A stretch of 64,000 nt of DNA, from NCBI RefSeq assembly GCF_009914755.1, contig NC_060936.1; one strand, written 5' to 3'. The notes beneath the pieces were generated by a model that had not been told where the DNA came from, did not search any database, and worked only from the letters and a program-made list of their open reading frames with translations. The number at the start of each line of letters is the position of its first letter. Position 1 is the stretch's first letter. Positions 1-29,502 of this stretch are shown here, one piece after another. Source of the stretch: the human T2T-CHM13v2.0 reference genome, Homo sapiens. The position numbers and the translations under genes were made by a program.

Positions 1-715
1 AGGCCACGCTTTTAAGAAGTTTGGTAAAGGAACTGTGAAAGGAATGTAGTTGAATTTCAGGGTAAGCTGGGGAATTAAAGCAGTGTGTAGATCCAGGGCA
101 AACAGCAAGTAGGGCAGGAACCACTGAAGGAACAAATAAAGGGGGAGGTTGGGTCCAGGTTGTCTTGAGTAGGGAAGTTTTTTTAAAAAGTGTGAAACTG
201 AAGGTGTGGGGTGGATTGGGTGCCTGCCGTGCTCTGAGGAAGCTTGGGGCAACTGTGTGCTGAGGCTGTGAGGTTGTCTGGAAGGGGCTCCTGGACAGTA
301 AGAGCTGAGCAGTGGGGAAGAGGACTGTGTGGTCTGGAAGAGGAGAGAAAGGAGAGTGAGTGACTGAACTGGTATCCAGGCTCCCACACCAAGGCAGAAA
401 GAGGGAGAGGACCTGGGCATCTCAGGGAGGCAGAGGCAGTACCAAGCAGGGTGAGAGGCTTTAGTCTTAGCCACCTTTGCCCCATTCCTCCAAATATACA
501 TTCTAAGTAAAAACAAAACAAAACAGAACTGTTTGCTATGTAAATTTAGCTTCTAAAGCCCTGTTCTACAGAGATTTTGGAGCTTCCACTGCACCCAGAA
601 AATGCACAGCTAAAGAGAAAACTTCCCTTGGTGATGGTTATTAGATTTTACAAGAAGAGGCCAAAGGAGACACATACTTATGCCAGAAGAACTTTCCAGA
701 GATAGCATTGCATAG

Positions 716-1337
<622 letters not shown>

Positions 1338-1406
1338 GGGCTGCATTTTAATCCTAGCTCCACCACTTACGGGAGTCAAAATTCAAAAGATAGAAAAGGG
1401 CATATA

Positions 1407-1980
<574 letters not shown>

Positions 1981-2055
1981 GCAAAGGGCATATAGTGAAA
2001 AGCTTTCTTCCTACACATGAGTATTCACTTCCTCTTCCTAGAGGCAACCAAGGTT

Positions 2056-2060
<5 letters not shown>

Positions 2061-2096
<36 letters not shown>
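2061..2096. repeat. (TG)18 microsatellite
   Basis: Read directly. Confidence 0.95.
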
Positions 2097-2100
<4 letters not shown>

Positions 2101-2644
2101 GGGACAGTCTCACTCTCTCACCAAGGCTGGAATGCAGTGGTGCGATCTCACTGCAAACTCTGCCTCCCAGTCTCAAGCGATTCTTGTGCCTCAGCCTCCC
2201 AGTTTTTTTTTCTTTTAAATGGGGTCTCATTCTGTCGCCCAGGGTGGAGTGCAGTGGCATGATCATAGCTCACTGCAGCCTCGACCTCCTGGGTCAGGTT
2301 ATCCTCCCACCTCAGCCTCCGGCATAGCTGGGGCTACTGGCATGCACCACCACACTCAGTTAATTTTTTTTCTTTTTTGAGACAGAGTCTCACTCTGTCA
2401 CCTAGACTGGAGTGCAGTGGTGCCATCTCATTTGTTTCACTGCAACCTTTGACTTCTGGGCTCAAGTGATTCTCCCACCTCAGCCTCCCAAGGCGGCTAA
2501 TTAAAAAAAATTTTTTTTTTTTTTTTTTTAGAGATGGGGTTTCGCCATGTTGCCCAGGCTGATCTCGAACTCCTGGGCACAAACAATCTTTCCACCTCGA
2601 TCTTTCAAAGAGCTGGGATGAGAGATTTCCACCATGCCTGGCCT
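2097..2644 (-). mobile_element. Cluster of antisense Alu fragments / old Alus
   Basis: Three GAGTGCAGTGG-type right-arm segments separated by T runs. Confidence 0.85.
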
Positions 2645-3337
2645 CATTTTCTTTTTTAATTTTTTTTTAGACATTATAGCTCTTTTTAATGGCCTCATTT
2701 TCTTATGTTTAATTCGAGAATTATTCTTTTCATATACAAAGAATATATTTTCTCCACCTTTAAAAACAAATAGTAGACTGTTTAACATCTCGCTTTATTC
2801 AGTTAGTGATGTTTCTTAGATACGGGTCCAAATTAGTACACAAAGCACTTCCTCATTCCTCTCTTACGGCTGCATAGCAGTCCACTGAATGGGTGAGCTA
2901 TGATCTATTTAACCTATTCTTTATTGATGGACATTTGGTTTTGTATATACATTTGTAATTCTGTATAGATTACAAATCACCATCCAAAGAAATTGTACTG
3001 GTTTATTCTCCTACAATGTGTGAGAGTTGGGTAATTACTTAATCTCAATATGTGAGAGTTTAGGCAGTTACCTAATCTCTCTGAGTCTCAGTTTCTCTAT
3101 CTGCAAAATAAACAAAACAGTGTTGACAGTATCTATTTCTCAGAATTATTGTGGAGATTACTGAGATGATGCCTGTAAAGTATTTGGCATGTAGGAGTTG
3201 GTGCTCTCCAAATAAGGATATGATTTTATTTGTATTTGTGAGCTACTGTCCCAGCCAGGTAAATGGATATGATGAGACCTCCTTGCCAGACCGGGTTTCT
3301 CTGATTAGAACGAGGAGCAGATGTTGCAGGAAATTAG

Positions 3338-8609
<5,272 letters not shown>

Positions 8610-10057
8610 GGCACGAGGCCAGGCAGATCCCACTTGCAGCCTCCCCAGGTGTCTGCCCCGCGTTTCCTGCCTGCGGACCAGATGAATGTAGCAGATCCCA
8701 GGCCTCTGGCCTCCTGTTCGCCTCCTCTACAATTTGCCATTGTTTCTCCTGGGTTAGGCCCCGGCTTCACTGGTTGAGTGTTGCTCTCTAGTTTCCAGAG
8801 GCTTAATCACACCGTCCTCCACGCCATTTCCTTTTCCTTCAAGCCTAGCCCTTCTCTCATTATTTCTCTCTGACCCTCTCCCCACTGCTCATTTGGATCC
8901 CAGGGGAGTGTTCAGGGCCAGCCCTGGCTGGCATGGAGGGTGAGGCTGGGTGTCTGGAAGCATGGAGCATGGGACTGTTCTTTTACAAGACAGGACCCTG
9001 GGACCACAGAGGGCAGGAACTTGCACAAAATCACACAGCCAAGCCAGTCAAGGATGGATGCAGATCCAGAGGTTTCTGGCAGCCAGTACCTCCTGCCCCA
9101 TGCTGCCCGCTTCTCACCCTATGTGGGTGGGACCACAGACTCACATCCTGACCTTGCACAAACAGCCCCTCTGGACACAGCCCCATGTACACGGCCTCAA
9201 GGGATGTCTCACATCCTCTGTCTATTTGAGACTTAGAAAAATCCTACAAGGCTGGCAGTGACAGAACTAAGATGATCATCTCCAGTTTATAGACCAGAAC
9301 CAGAGCTCAGAGAGGCTAGATGATTGATTACCAAGTGCCGGACTAGCAAGTGCTGGAGTCGGGACTAACCCAGGTCCCTTGTCCCAAGTTCCACTGCTGC
9401 CTCTTGAATGCAGGGACAAATGCCACACGGCTCTCACCAGTGGCTAGTGGTGGGTACTCAATGTGTACTTTTGGGTTCACAGAAGCACAGCACCCATGGG
9501 AAGGGTCCATCTCAGAGAATTTACGAGCAGGGATGAAGGCCTCCCTGTCTAAAATCCCTCCTTCATCCCCCGCTGGTGGCAGAATCTGTTACCAGAGGAC
9601 AAAGCCTTTGGCTCTTCTAATCAGAGCGCAAGCTGGGAGCACAGGCACTGCAGGAGAGAATGCCCAGTGACCAGTCACTGACCCTGTGCAGAACCTCCTG
9701 GAAGCGAGCTTTGCTGGGAGAGGGGGTAGCTAGCCTGAGAGGGAACCCTCTAAGGGACCTCAAAGGTGATTGTGCCAGGCTCTGCGCCTGCCCCACACCC
9801 TCCCTTACCCTCCTCCAGACCATTCAGGACACAGGGAAATCAGGGTTACAAATCTTCTTGATCCACTTCTCTCAGGATCCCCTCTCTTCCTACCCTTCCT
9901 CACCACTTCCCTCAGTCCCAACTCCTTTTCCCTATTTCCTTCTCCTCCTGTCTTTAAAGCCTGCCTCTTCCAGGAAGACCCCCCTATTGCTGCTGGGGCT
10001 CCCCATTTGCTTACTTTGCATTTGTGCCCACTCTCCACCCCTGCTCCCCTGAGCTGA

Positions 10058-10074
10058 AATAAAAATACAATAAA
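10058..10074 (+). terminator. CD4: CD4 polyadenylation signals (two AATAAA, 10058-10063 and 10069-10074) ending a ~1.47 kb 3'UTR
   Basis: Tandem AATAAA followed by a GT-rich downstream tract. Confidence 0.9.
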
Positions 10075-10093
10075 CTTACTATAAAGATGCTCT

Positions 10094-10095
<2 letters not shown>

Positions 10096-10169
<74 letters not shown>
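10096..10169. repeat. Compound microsatellite (GT)23(GA)14
   Basis: Read directly. Confidence 0.97.
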
Positions 10170-11029
10170 CCCCTTCTCTGGGGACCAGGAATCTTCTGGT
10201 CTTTGGGGTCGGACCCAGAGGAGAGGTTGCTGGGCGTGCCCCAGGAAGGAGATGAAGTTTCCCTGGAGAGGGAAAAATTCTGTGGAGGCTGGCTACCCAC
10301 CTCCACAACCCACAGGGCTCTGTGTGGGCCTGTGTGTGTGTGAGGCTGAGACTCTGTAATTACATGTGTGTGATATACCGTGGGGGAGAGACTCAGGGTT
10401 GTGTGAGCTCTCCTGGTGTATGTGTGTGGCAGAGAAAAAGGACTATGAGAAACTGTAACATGTGTGTGCAAATTGTATCCCCAACATATGTGTTTGTGTT
10501 CCAGGAGGAGGAGGCAGAGTGTGTGTGTCTGTGTGCATGCATGCGCCCACATCCTTTTAGCTTGTGCACAACCACCCCCAACTCCACAAGCAGCCCCAGT
10601 GTGCACCACAAGCCCCCTCACTCCCAAACCCAAGGCCCAGCCCTCACACAGATACACACAGTGACACACGCTTCCTCCTCCCCGAACAGCTAGCTCCTCA
10701 GTCCCCAACAACACCAGCTGCCTCTTGGAGCTTGTGTTCGTGTTGAAAACGGGAAGGGGTGGGGGCAGGACATGAACCATTTCACCAATGAAGCCGGTTC
10801 CCAGCCATCCTCCTCACCGCCCTCCCTCTCAGCGCCTTCCTTGCCCCTCCTCCCCGAGTCACCACCGTCCAGTTCCCCACCCTGCACTCGTTTCCCGCCC
10901 CCCCCCCGCCCCCCACAAAGCTGTCCTGCCGTCCCTCTGGCCTGGGCTCACTGGCAGGACGACCCCGGGAGAGAGGGTCCTGGAGAGTGAGAGGGGCAGA
11001 GACCGAGTGAGCCGTGGGCTGAGCCTGGG

Positions 11030-11193
11030 AGGCCGGGACTGAGGGGGAGGAGGGAGGCCCGGGGGAAGGGAGGGAGGGAGAGAGGGAAGGAGGGAGGAGG
11101 GCGGGCGAGCTGGAGCCGGCAGGCAGCGGGAGCCCGAGAGAGCCGCGTCGGGAGTGCGGTCTCCATGGCAGTGCTGGGCGCAGCCGGAGAGAG
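11030..11193 (+). other. GPR162: GPR162 non-coding first exon within a GC/GA-rich promoter (5' end approximate)
   Basis: CpG-rich segment ending in donor GAG|GTAAGA at 11193/11194; the next acceptor is TTGCAG at 12760. Confidence 0.75.
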
Positions 11194-13191
11194 GTAAGAC
11201 GACCCCTGCCTGCCCCGTCCCCTGTGTTGCCTCCCTTTCCCCCTCAAGCTGCCTCCTCTCCCCTAGGCCGGCCCCTCCTCCCCAGCCACCTGCTGTTTCT
11301 GCCCTGGAGAACCTGGAGGGGGACAGGAGGGAGGAGCCGCCTGACCTTACCCCTTCACCCCAAAGGGCGAGGGACCCCGTCGGCCAGGGAACCTCCCAGA
11401 TCCCCCTTCCCACCTTCCTCTGATCTCTCCCTGTCCTTCACCTCCCTCTCTCTGTCCTTCACATCTTTCCTGCCTCCTTCCCTCTCTGACTCCCTATCTC
11501 TTTCATCCTGAGCCCACCAGCTGGGCCTGGGTGGAGGTGGGTGGGAAGGGGTCCAGGGCTGTAGGAGAGGACACTGGGGGCTGCTCTTGGCCAAGTCCCT
11601 CCACCTCCCTCTGGCTGGCCATTGCCATGGCAACTAGGGTGTACTGGGCTCCGGAGGGAAGCCAAGGGTGGGGGTGGACCAGGACCTCTTGGGGAAAGCA
11701 AGGGTCTGAGCTGCTTCCATGGGAAACAGACCCTTTCACTGCTGTGCCCCATTTTTACCCCACTTACCCTAAAGCCATCATGTGCTTCCTTACAGCCCCA
11801 CTCTGTTCAGGGTTTCACCCGATTCCCTTACCCCCCTTCCCAGGGCTCACTGAAGCTCAGCATCACGCACTAAAACTGGGACCATCCTTCCTCCCATGAG
11901 AGGGAAACTGAGGCTCTGGGCCAGGGAGGAAGAGTCAAGGTCTCCCCACGGGGAGTCAGCACCTTATTGAACATTTGGCTTTTCTTCTCAGCCTCCTATT
12001 CCCTGCTCCCTCCCTCCCTCCCTCCTCCAGTCCCTCCTCCCTCCAAAGCCTCCTCTCCAGGGGGTTTGAGCTTTTCCTGCTATTTTCAGATACTACCACT
12101 TTGCCCCCTCTTTCTCTTCTGCTCAAACTCTCCTCCTTCTCCCTAGTTCCCCCTCTTTCCATTTCTGGATGCTTCTGATGTCAGCGGTTTCCCCGCCTTC
12201 AGGTTCCCTAGCACCCCCTTCGGTCCCAGACTCCTTTCTCCCATTTTCCCAGATATGGGTAGCTGGAGGGTGATCACCCAGGTTTGGGGAAGTAGGGGCT
12301 AAGCACCAAGACCCCTGCATCCAGGAGACCGGCAGGTAGGGGAGGAAGGCTGTGATGCCATATCCCAGTTCACTGTGAACCCTCAAGAGGAAACCAGTCT
12401 TGTGTCTCCCATCAGTAGTTCTGAAGAGACATTTAGGGACTTGAAGATAGGGGTGGAGTAGTGCTGAGCAGGGGATGTTCTAAGAAGGAACCTGGGAGTT
12501 CCAGCGGGAGGAGGAAGGGCTAAAGGAGACAGGGAGGTGGGAATACCTTCTTCCCTAGAGGTCTGGAAGAGTGTGGCTCTCATCTGTGTGGGGTGTTTAG
12601 CTGTCAGAGTTAAGGCAAAGGAATGTTCTGAATGACCCTCAGGGCCTTAGTAATCAGTCATGCCTATAGTTTCAAGAAAGGGGGCACAGGAGGCTGATTG
12701 GAGACCAGCCCAGGCCCTACCTTTGCCCTCTCCCTCCCACATCTCATCTTTCCCTTGCAGCCTGTCCAGGGGGCTGAGCCCCACCCCCAAATCCCTGGGG
12801 CATCCAGAAGATTCCTGACTGGTCAAGAACCAGAGGCAAAAGAGACCTGGAAGTCCCAGCATGGGGACCAGAACCCCCCAGCCAGCCTCATAGTTGGGAA
12901 AGTAGCCAGCTTGCCTGCCCCATCAATTGCAGGGATGCTTAAGGAAGGCCCCGCCCAGTATGAAAGCTGAGGATTGCCTCTGCTGACCCTCAGTCTCCTC
13001 CCCTGCCCTCTACATCTGCCCTCAGCTGGGTCCATCATGCAATGCTGAGCACTGGGGTGAGCCTGGGGGCAGCCTGCCTGCTGACAGGGCGAGGATTGTG
13101 GGGATCATGGGAGTGTTTGTGAGTGGGGCTCCTGGGTGAGACCTAGCCCCCACCCCCACAGAGCTCAAGGGGGTGGGGGGCTGAGGATAGG

Positions 13192-16100
13192 ATGGCTCGG
13201 GGCGGGGCGGGGGCAGAGGAGGCCTCCCTGCGCTCCAACGCATTGTCCTGGCTGGCCTGTGGGCTCCTGGCGCTGCTGGCCAATGCCTGGATCATCCTCA
13301 GCATCTCGGCCAAGCAGCAGAAGCACAAGCCACTGGAGCTGCTGCTCTGCTTCCTAGCGGGCACACACATACTCATGGCAGCTGTGCCCCTCACCACCTT
13401 TGCCGTGGTGCAGCTGCGTCGTCAGGCTTCCTCCGACTATGACTGGAACGAGAGTATCTGCAAGGTCTTCGTGTCCACCTACTACACCCTGGCGCTGGCC
13501 ACCTGCTTCACGGTCGCCTCCCTCTCCTACCATCGCATGTGGATGGTGCGCTGGCCCGTCAACTACCGCCTCAGCAACGCCAAGAAGCAGGCACTGCATG
13601 CCGTCATGGGCATCTGGATGGTCAGCTTCATCCTCTCCACACTGCCCTCCATTGGCTGGCACAACAACGGCGAGCGCTACTATGCCCGCGGCTGCCAGTT
13701 CATAGTCTCCAAGATCGGCCTCGGCTTTGGCGTTTGCTTCAGCCTCTTGCTACTTGGGGGAATTGTCATGGGTCTGGTCTGTGTGGCCATCACCTTCTAC
13801 CAGACACTGTGGGCCCGGCCCCGGAGGGCTCGGCAGGCCCGGAGAGTGGGGGGTGGTGGGGGGACCAAAGCGGGTGGGCCAGGGGCCTTGGGTACCCGGC
13901 CAGCTTTTGAGGTGCCAGCCATTGTGGTGGAGGATGCCCGAGGGAAGCGGCGGTCCTCGCTGGATGGCTCGGAGTCTGCCAAGACATCCCTGCAGGTCAC
14001 CAACTTGGTCAGCGCCATCGTCTTTCTCTATGACTCACTCACAGGGGTGCCCATCTTGGTGAGATCGGGGTCCTCCCCACCTGTTCTCCCCAATATCCAG
14101 GCCCCAGCATCATCACCTGACCTCCAACTTCATCAGCCATACAGCAGCTCCGTCATCTCTCCTCCAGTTCCATCATCCATCTTCCTCTCCTCTGTCCATC
14201 CCCCACTCCATTTGTGGCCCCCATCTTGATCATCTGTCTTTTAGTTCCCACTACCCTGTTTACCCCAGCTCCAGCATCTGCTTCAGTTCCCACTCCTCAG
14301 CTCCATCACCGTCCTTCAGTTCCACGACCTGTCCTCCAGCTCCGTCATCCATCCTGCAGCTCCACGGTTCAGCCGCAGACCTCTCATCCAGCCGCTGGGC
14401 TCCACTCTCCATTCCCTCCTTCCCTCTGGCTGCCACATGGTCTCTGAGCACTCTTGGCTGGAAATCCCACAGGGCTCACCCCACCACCCCATCTAGTCAC
14501 TGTTCCTGGGTTCCTGTCTGTCTCTACGGTTCCTGGTCCACCTCTGTTCCTCTCCCTCCTGACCGCAGGGCTTTGTCTCCAGCACTCTCCCCGACCTTCC
14601 TCTGAGTCAGTCCCTTCCCTCTGTTCACTCCATCTCCACCTCCGGCTTCGCCTCTGTTGGAGCACAGGGATCAGGCATTACTTCTGACGTCTTGCCCACC
14701 AGCTGCACTAGGATATGGGGTTCAGGTGGGCTCCTCAGCTCTGGCCCTGACCCAGCCCGCTCCCACCCTTCCCCAGGTGGTGAGCTTCTTCTCCCTCAAG
14801 TCGGACTCGGCGCCCCCCTGGATGGTGCTGGCTGTGCTGTGGTGCTCCATGGCACAGACGCTGCTGCTGCCCTCCTTCATCTGGTCCTGCGAGCGCTACC
14901 GCGCCGACGTGCGCACAGTGTGGGAGCAATGCGTGGCCATCATGTCTGAGGAGGATGGAGATGACGGTCAGAGGAGGGGCTGGGCTTTGGCTTTCCTGGA
15001 CATCTGTCTATTCCCTTTTCTGCCGCTCCTTCTCAGCCAGAGGATGGGCTGCCCTGGAGTGCCCCCTACTGGACAGAATCTGCACCACCCTGGGCTCCCC
15101 TTTCCCTAAGCAGGCACCCTGCTGTCCACTCACTGCTTCCCGCAGCACTCAGGGCTCCCTTCACTGGGCCTAGGCTCCCCTCCAGAAACCCACACTGCCC
15201 AGCTCTGGCACTATGGGGAACCTGAGCTTCCCGAGAGAGGCCCCCCAGCTATAGGGACGGCTCTTGGGGGAGTGCAGGCAATTGTTTCAATAACTTCATC
15301 TATATGTATGAAGCACTCCACTCAGGATTTAGCACTGAACGCAGCAAATGCTAGCCACTCTCACTGTCCTCTTGGAACATACATGCTAATGGGAACTAAA
15401 GGGGTCTCTGGGAGCTTATAAAGGCAGTGGTGGGAGGCCGCGGTAGGCATTCCCTACCTGTAACCACTCTGCCCATTTTCTCTCCTAGATGGGGGCTGTG
15501 ACGACTATGCAGAGGGCCGAGTTTGCAAAGTTCGCTTTGATGCTAACGGAGCCACAGGACCAGGGAGCCGGGACCCCGCCCAGGTGAAGCTGCTGCCTGG
15601 AAGGCACATGCTCTTCCCTCCTCTTGAGAGAGTCCACTACTTACAGGTATGGAACTGGGGGATACATCTCCTACCCTTGGTGCCGCTCATCACTTTTCTC
15701 CAGTGTCTGTTAGGCACCCCAATCCCCTCTTCCCTAGCCCTGGCTTTCAGGGCACCATAGAGCTGGGTGAAAGAAAGCTATAGCAAGAGAGGCATCCCTT
15801 CAGACCTCGTGGGGCCAGGTTTGCCCACCGGAGCAAACGTTTTGAAGGTTAAGAAGGTGGCACCATCTTCCGGAGTCCCCACTTGGTTCCTGCCTCTGCC
15901 TCTGTCCCTGCAGCACCTTCAGGTCTTACCCGCTCCTCTTCCCAGGTCCCCCTATCCCGGCGTCTGTCCCATGATGAGACAAACATCTTCTCTACCCCTC
16001 GGGAACCAGGCTCCTTCCTGCACAAGTGGTCATCCTCTGATGACATCCGGGTCCTCCCAGCCCAGAGCCGGGCCCTCGGGGGTCCTCCTGAGTACCTGGG

Positions 16101-16497
16101 ACAAAGACACAGGTTGGAGGACGAGGAGGACGAGGAAGAGGCTGAAGGTGGGGGGCTGGCCAGCCTTCGCCAATTCTTGGAGAGTGGGGTTCTGGGGTCA
16201 GGTGGGGGACCCCCACGGGGTCCTGGCTTCTTCCGGGAGGAGATCACCACCTTCATCGATGAGACACCTCTGCCTTCTCCGACTGCCTCACCAGGGCACT
16301 CTCCTCGTCGGCCCCGGCCACTGGGCCTCTCACCCCGCCGACTCTCCCTTGGGTCCCCTGAGAGCAGAGCCGTTGGACTTCCTTTGGGACTAAGCGCAGG
16401 GAGACGCTGCTCCCTGACGGGGGGTGAAGAAAGTGCAAGGGCTTGGGGAGGATCCTGGGGCCCAGGCAACCCCATCTTTCCCCAGCTGACCCTGTGA
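13192..16497 (+). CDS. GPR162: Orphan class A GPCR GPR162, 588 aa. CDS exons 13192-14058, 14777-14966, 15489-15646, 15946-16497. A short isoform starts at ATG 13042 (MLSTG) and uses donor 13056/13057, giving 304 aa
   Basis: [35 protein letters not shown]... with hydrophobic TM segments; 867+190+158+552 nt gives 588 codons plus stop; C-terminus FPQLTL. Confidence 0.97.
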
Positions 16498-16686
16498 GCC
16501 CAAGCAGGCCTGCTGAACTCAGAGGAGAAAGCCTGAGTGAGTAACACCTCATTCTGGCCGAGAGTAGGGCAGCTGCCTCCAGACTCTGGGGAGACGGGCG
16601 CTAGATTTGGGGCTCAGAAGGCCCTGCTCTCTCCCATCCAAGTGACCAGATGCCCTACTCAGCTTCCATCACCCCTAGCAATATGT

Positions 16687-16692
16687 ATTAAA
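16687..16692 (+). terminator. GPR162: GPR162 polyA signal ATTAAA
   Basis: ATTAAA 190 nt after the stop, followed by GT-rich sequence. Confidence 0.8.
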
Positions 16693-17116
16693 GTCTGAAG
16701 TGTTGCCATGGAAACCTCAGTGTCCAGTGTACTGCGGTGGAAAGGGGCTTGGAGGGTGGAGTGGCTCACAGGGGACACGACAGAGCAGGGGCAGCAGACA
16801 GAGGCACAGAAGGACACATGGAGAAATGATCACATGCTCCACCAGGCAGCCTCGCACAGGGAAGGCTGGGAGGAGCATATCCTGCTGGGGGCGGGGCTTG
16901 AGGACACACATCTTCGTTGGTTGGGGTATGAAGGATCTCTGTTCAGATTTGTTGAGGTGGTTTTAGAGCGTGGCTCCAGCCCCAGTGCCCAACTCTCCTT
17001 CTAACCTCAAATCCATGCAGGGGCTCACTTTATGGGCAGGAAAGGTTTTGGGGCTGATGCAGTGTCCCGGGCCTGGACACCTCCTCCTTGCTGCATTTTA
17101 AAGCTCTTTCTCCAAA

Positions 17117-17305
17117 GGAGTGCAGGGGTGGATGAGTGTGTGTGTGGGCGGGGGTGGGAGTGCAGGGGTGGATGAGTGTGTGTGTGGGGGAGTGCAGGGG
17201 TGGATGAGTGTGTGGGGGGGGTGGGAGTGCAGGGGTGGATGAGTGTGGGGGGGTGGGAGTGCAGGGGTGGATGAGTGTGGGGGGGTGGGGGGGGGCGAGG
17301 GGGGG
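17117..17305. repeat. G-rich minisatellite: five copies of GGAGTGCAGGGGTGGATGAGTGTG(TG)n(G)n, units ~32-40 bp
   Basis: Invariant core GGAGTGCAGGGGTGGATGAGTGTG repeated five times. Confidence 0.92.
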
Positions 17306-17733
17306 ATCGGCGTCCACACTCCTTTTTCTGGACCCAGAAGCGTGTGTGTGGAGGGAACACAGCCCCAGTAGTTACCCCCAGACCTCAGGGGCTGAAGTCA
17401 CCGCTGGGGCTGAAGTCATCCTTCATGGATGCCCAGGCCTGCTCCAGTTCCCGCCTTTTGCCCTCCTCCTCCCAGTTTCTCCCTCTTATTCCACACTAGA
17501 CCAGCTTTGTCCACTCAGCACTCTTCTCTCTCCATCTTTTCACATGGGCCTCTCCCACCATCGGGTCTCAGCCCCATCTTCTCTCTCTCTCTCTCTCTTG
17601 GCCTCCCTCATTATTTCTCCCTCTCCCTCCGCCTCTCCATCTCTCCTTCCTCCCCCTCCCTCCCCTTCCCCCCTTTCCTCTCCCTCCCTCTCGGCTCCCG
17701 CATTTCCCCTCGGCTGCCGGCGGCTCCGACATC

Positions 17734-28753
<11,020 letters not shown>

Positions 28754-29115
28754 GTGGCTGAGCCAGCTCCTTGAGGATGTGGCCACTTGACTTGTGGAAG
28801 GCCATCTTGATGCCAGGACACACAGGAAGCCCCTGTGTGACATCAGGAGCAGAACAGCAAGCTCTCTGTCCCTGCACCCCCACCATCTTGGGGACCTACA
28901 AGGGCCTGGACTCAGAGGACAGTGCACAGGCTAGCCTGGAGCTCACCAGGCCTGGGGAGCTGGGACGGGGCCCCGCTGCCGGACCTGCAGCCCTGGACAG
29001 ATGGGGAACAGTGTGCCTCCCTGAACAGAAATGGCAGGGGAGGAGGCTGATGCTTTAAATGAAGAGGATGGTGGGGTTGGGAGGTATAACCCTGCTCCTC
29101 TCTCCCAGTCTGTGC

Positions 29116-29121
29116 AATAAA
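29116..29121 (+). terminator. P3H3: P3H3 polyA signal AATAAA
   Basis: AATAAA about 360 nt after the stop. Confidence 0.85.
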
Positions 29122-29502
29122 GGTCGTGAAGATCTCTCAGCCAGGGGCCAGTCAAGTGTATCACAGATTCTGTGATGGCTGGAGGTGGGGGTGGCTCTGG
29201 CTGGCCTGGGAGGAGACAGGTGTCTTTGGGCCTCCCAGAGGCGGGGCGCCTGGAGCCTGTGATTTGTCAGGGAAATCTCAGCCACCTGCTCCCCTCATGC
29301 AAATGACCCAAGCCCCTGGCAGCTGCTCCTTAGGCCTCCAAGTGTAAGCCCTGTCTTCCCTCTCTGAGCTTTGCTGAGACTTAGGGCCGCCTGCTTTCTC
29401 TCTGACCCCTGCTTTCACAGCCTCGAGAGGGCAAGGAGGGGGCCAGACCCCAGCCTGGGAGCAGCGTGCGGGCCTTCCCTCCACTTGAAATCCGTTGCCC
29501 GC

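Noticed and set aside
15849-16547. 232-aa antisense ORF over GPR162 exon 5
   Set aside because: Shadow of GC-rich coding sequence; no promoter or splice support
17117-17305. Repeat-spacer appearance resembling a CRISPR array
   Set aside because: Spacers are short G/TG homopolymers rather than unique sequences; human DNA with no cas genes
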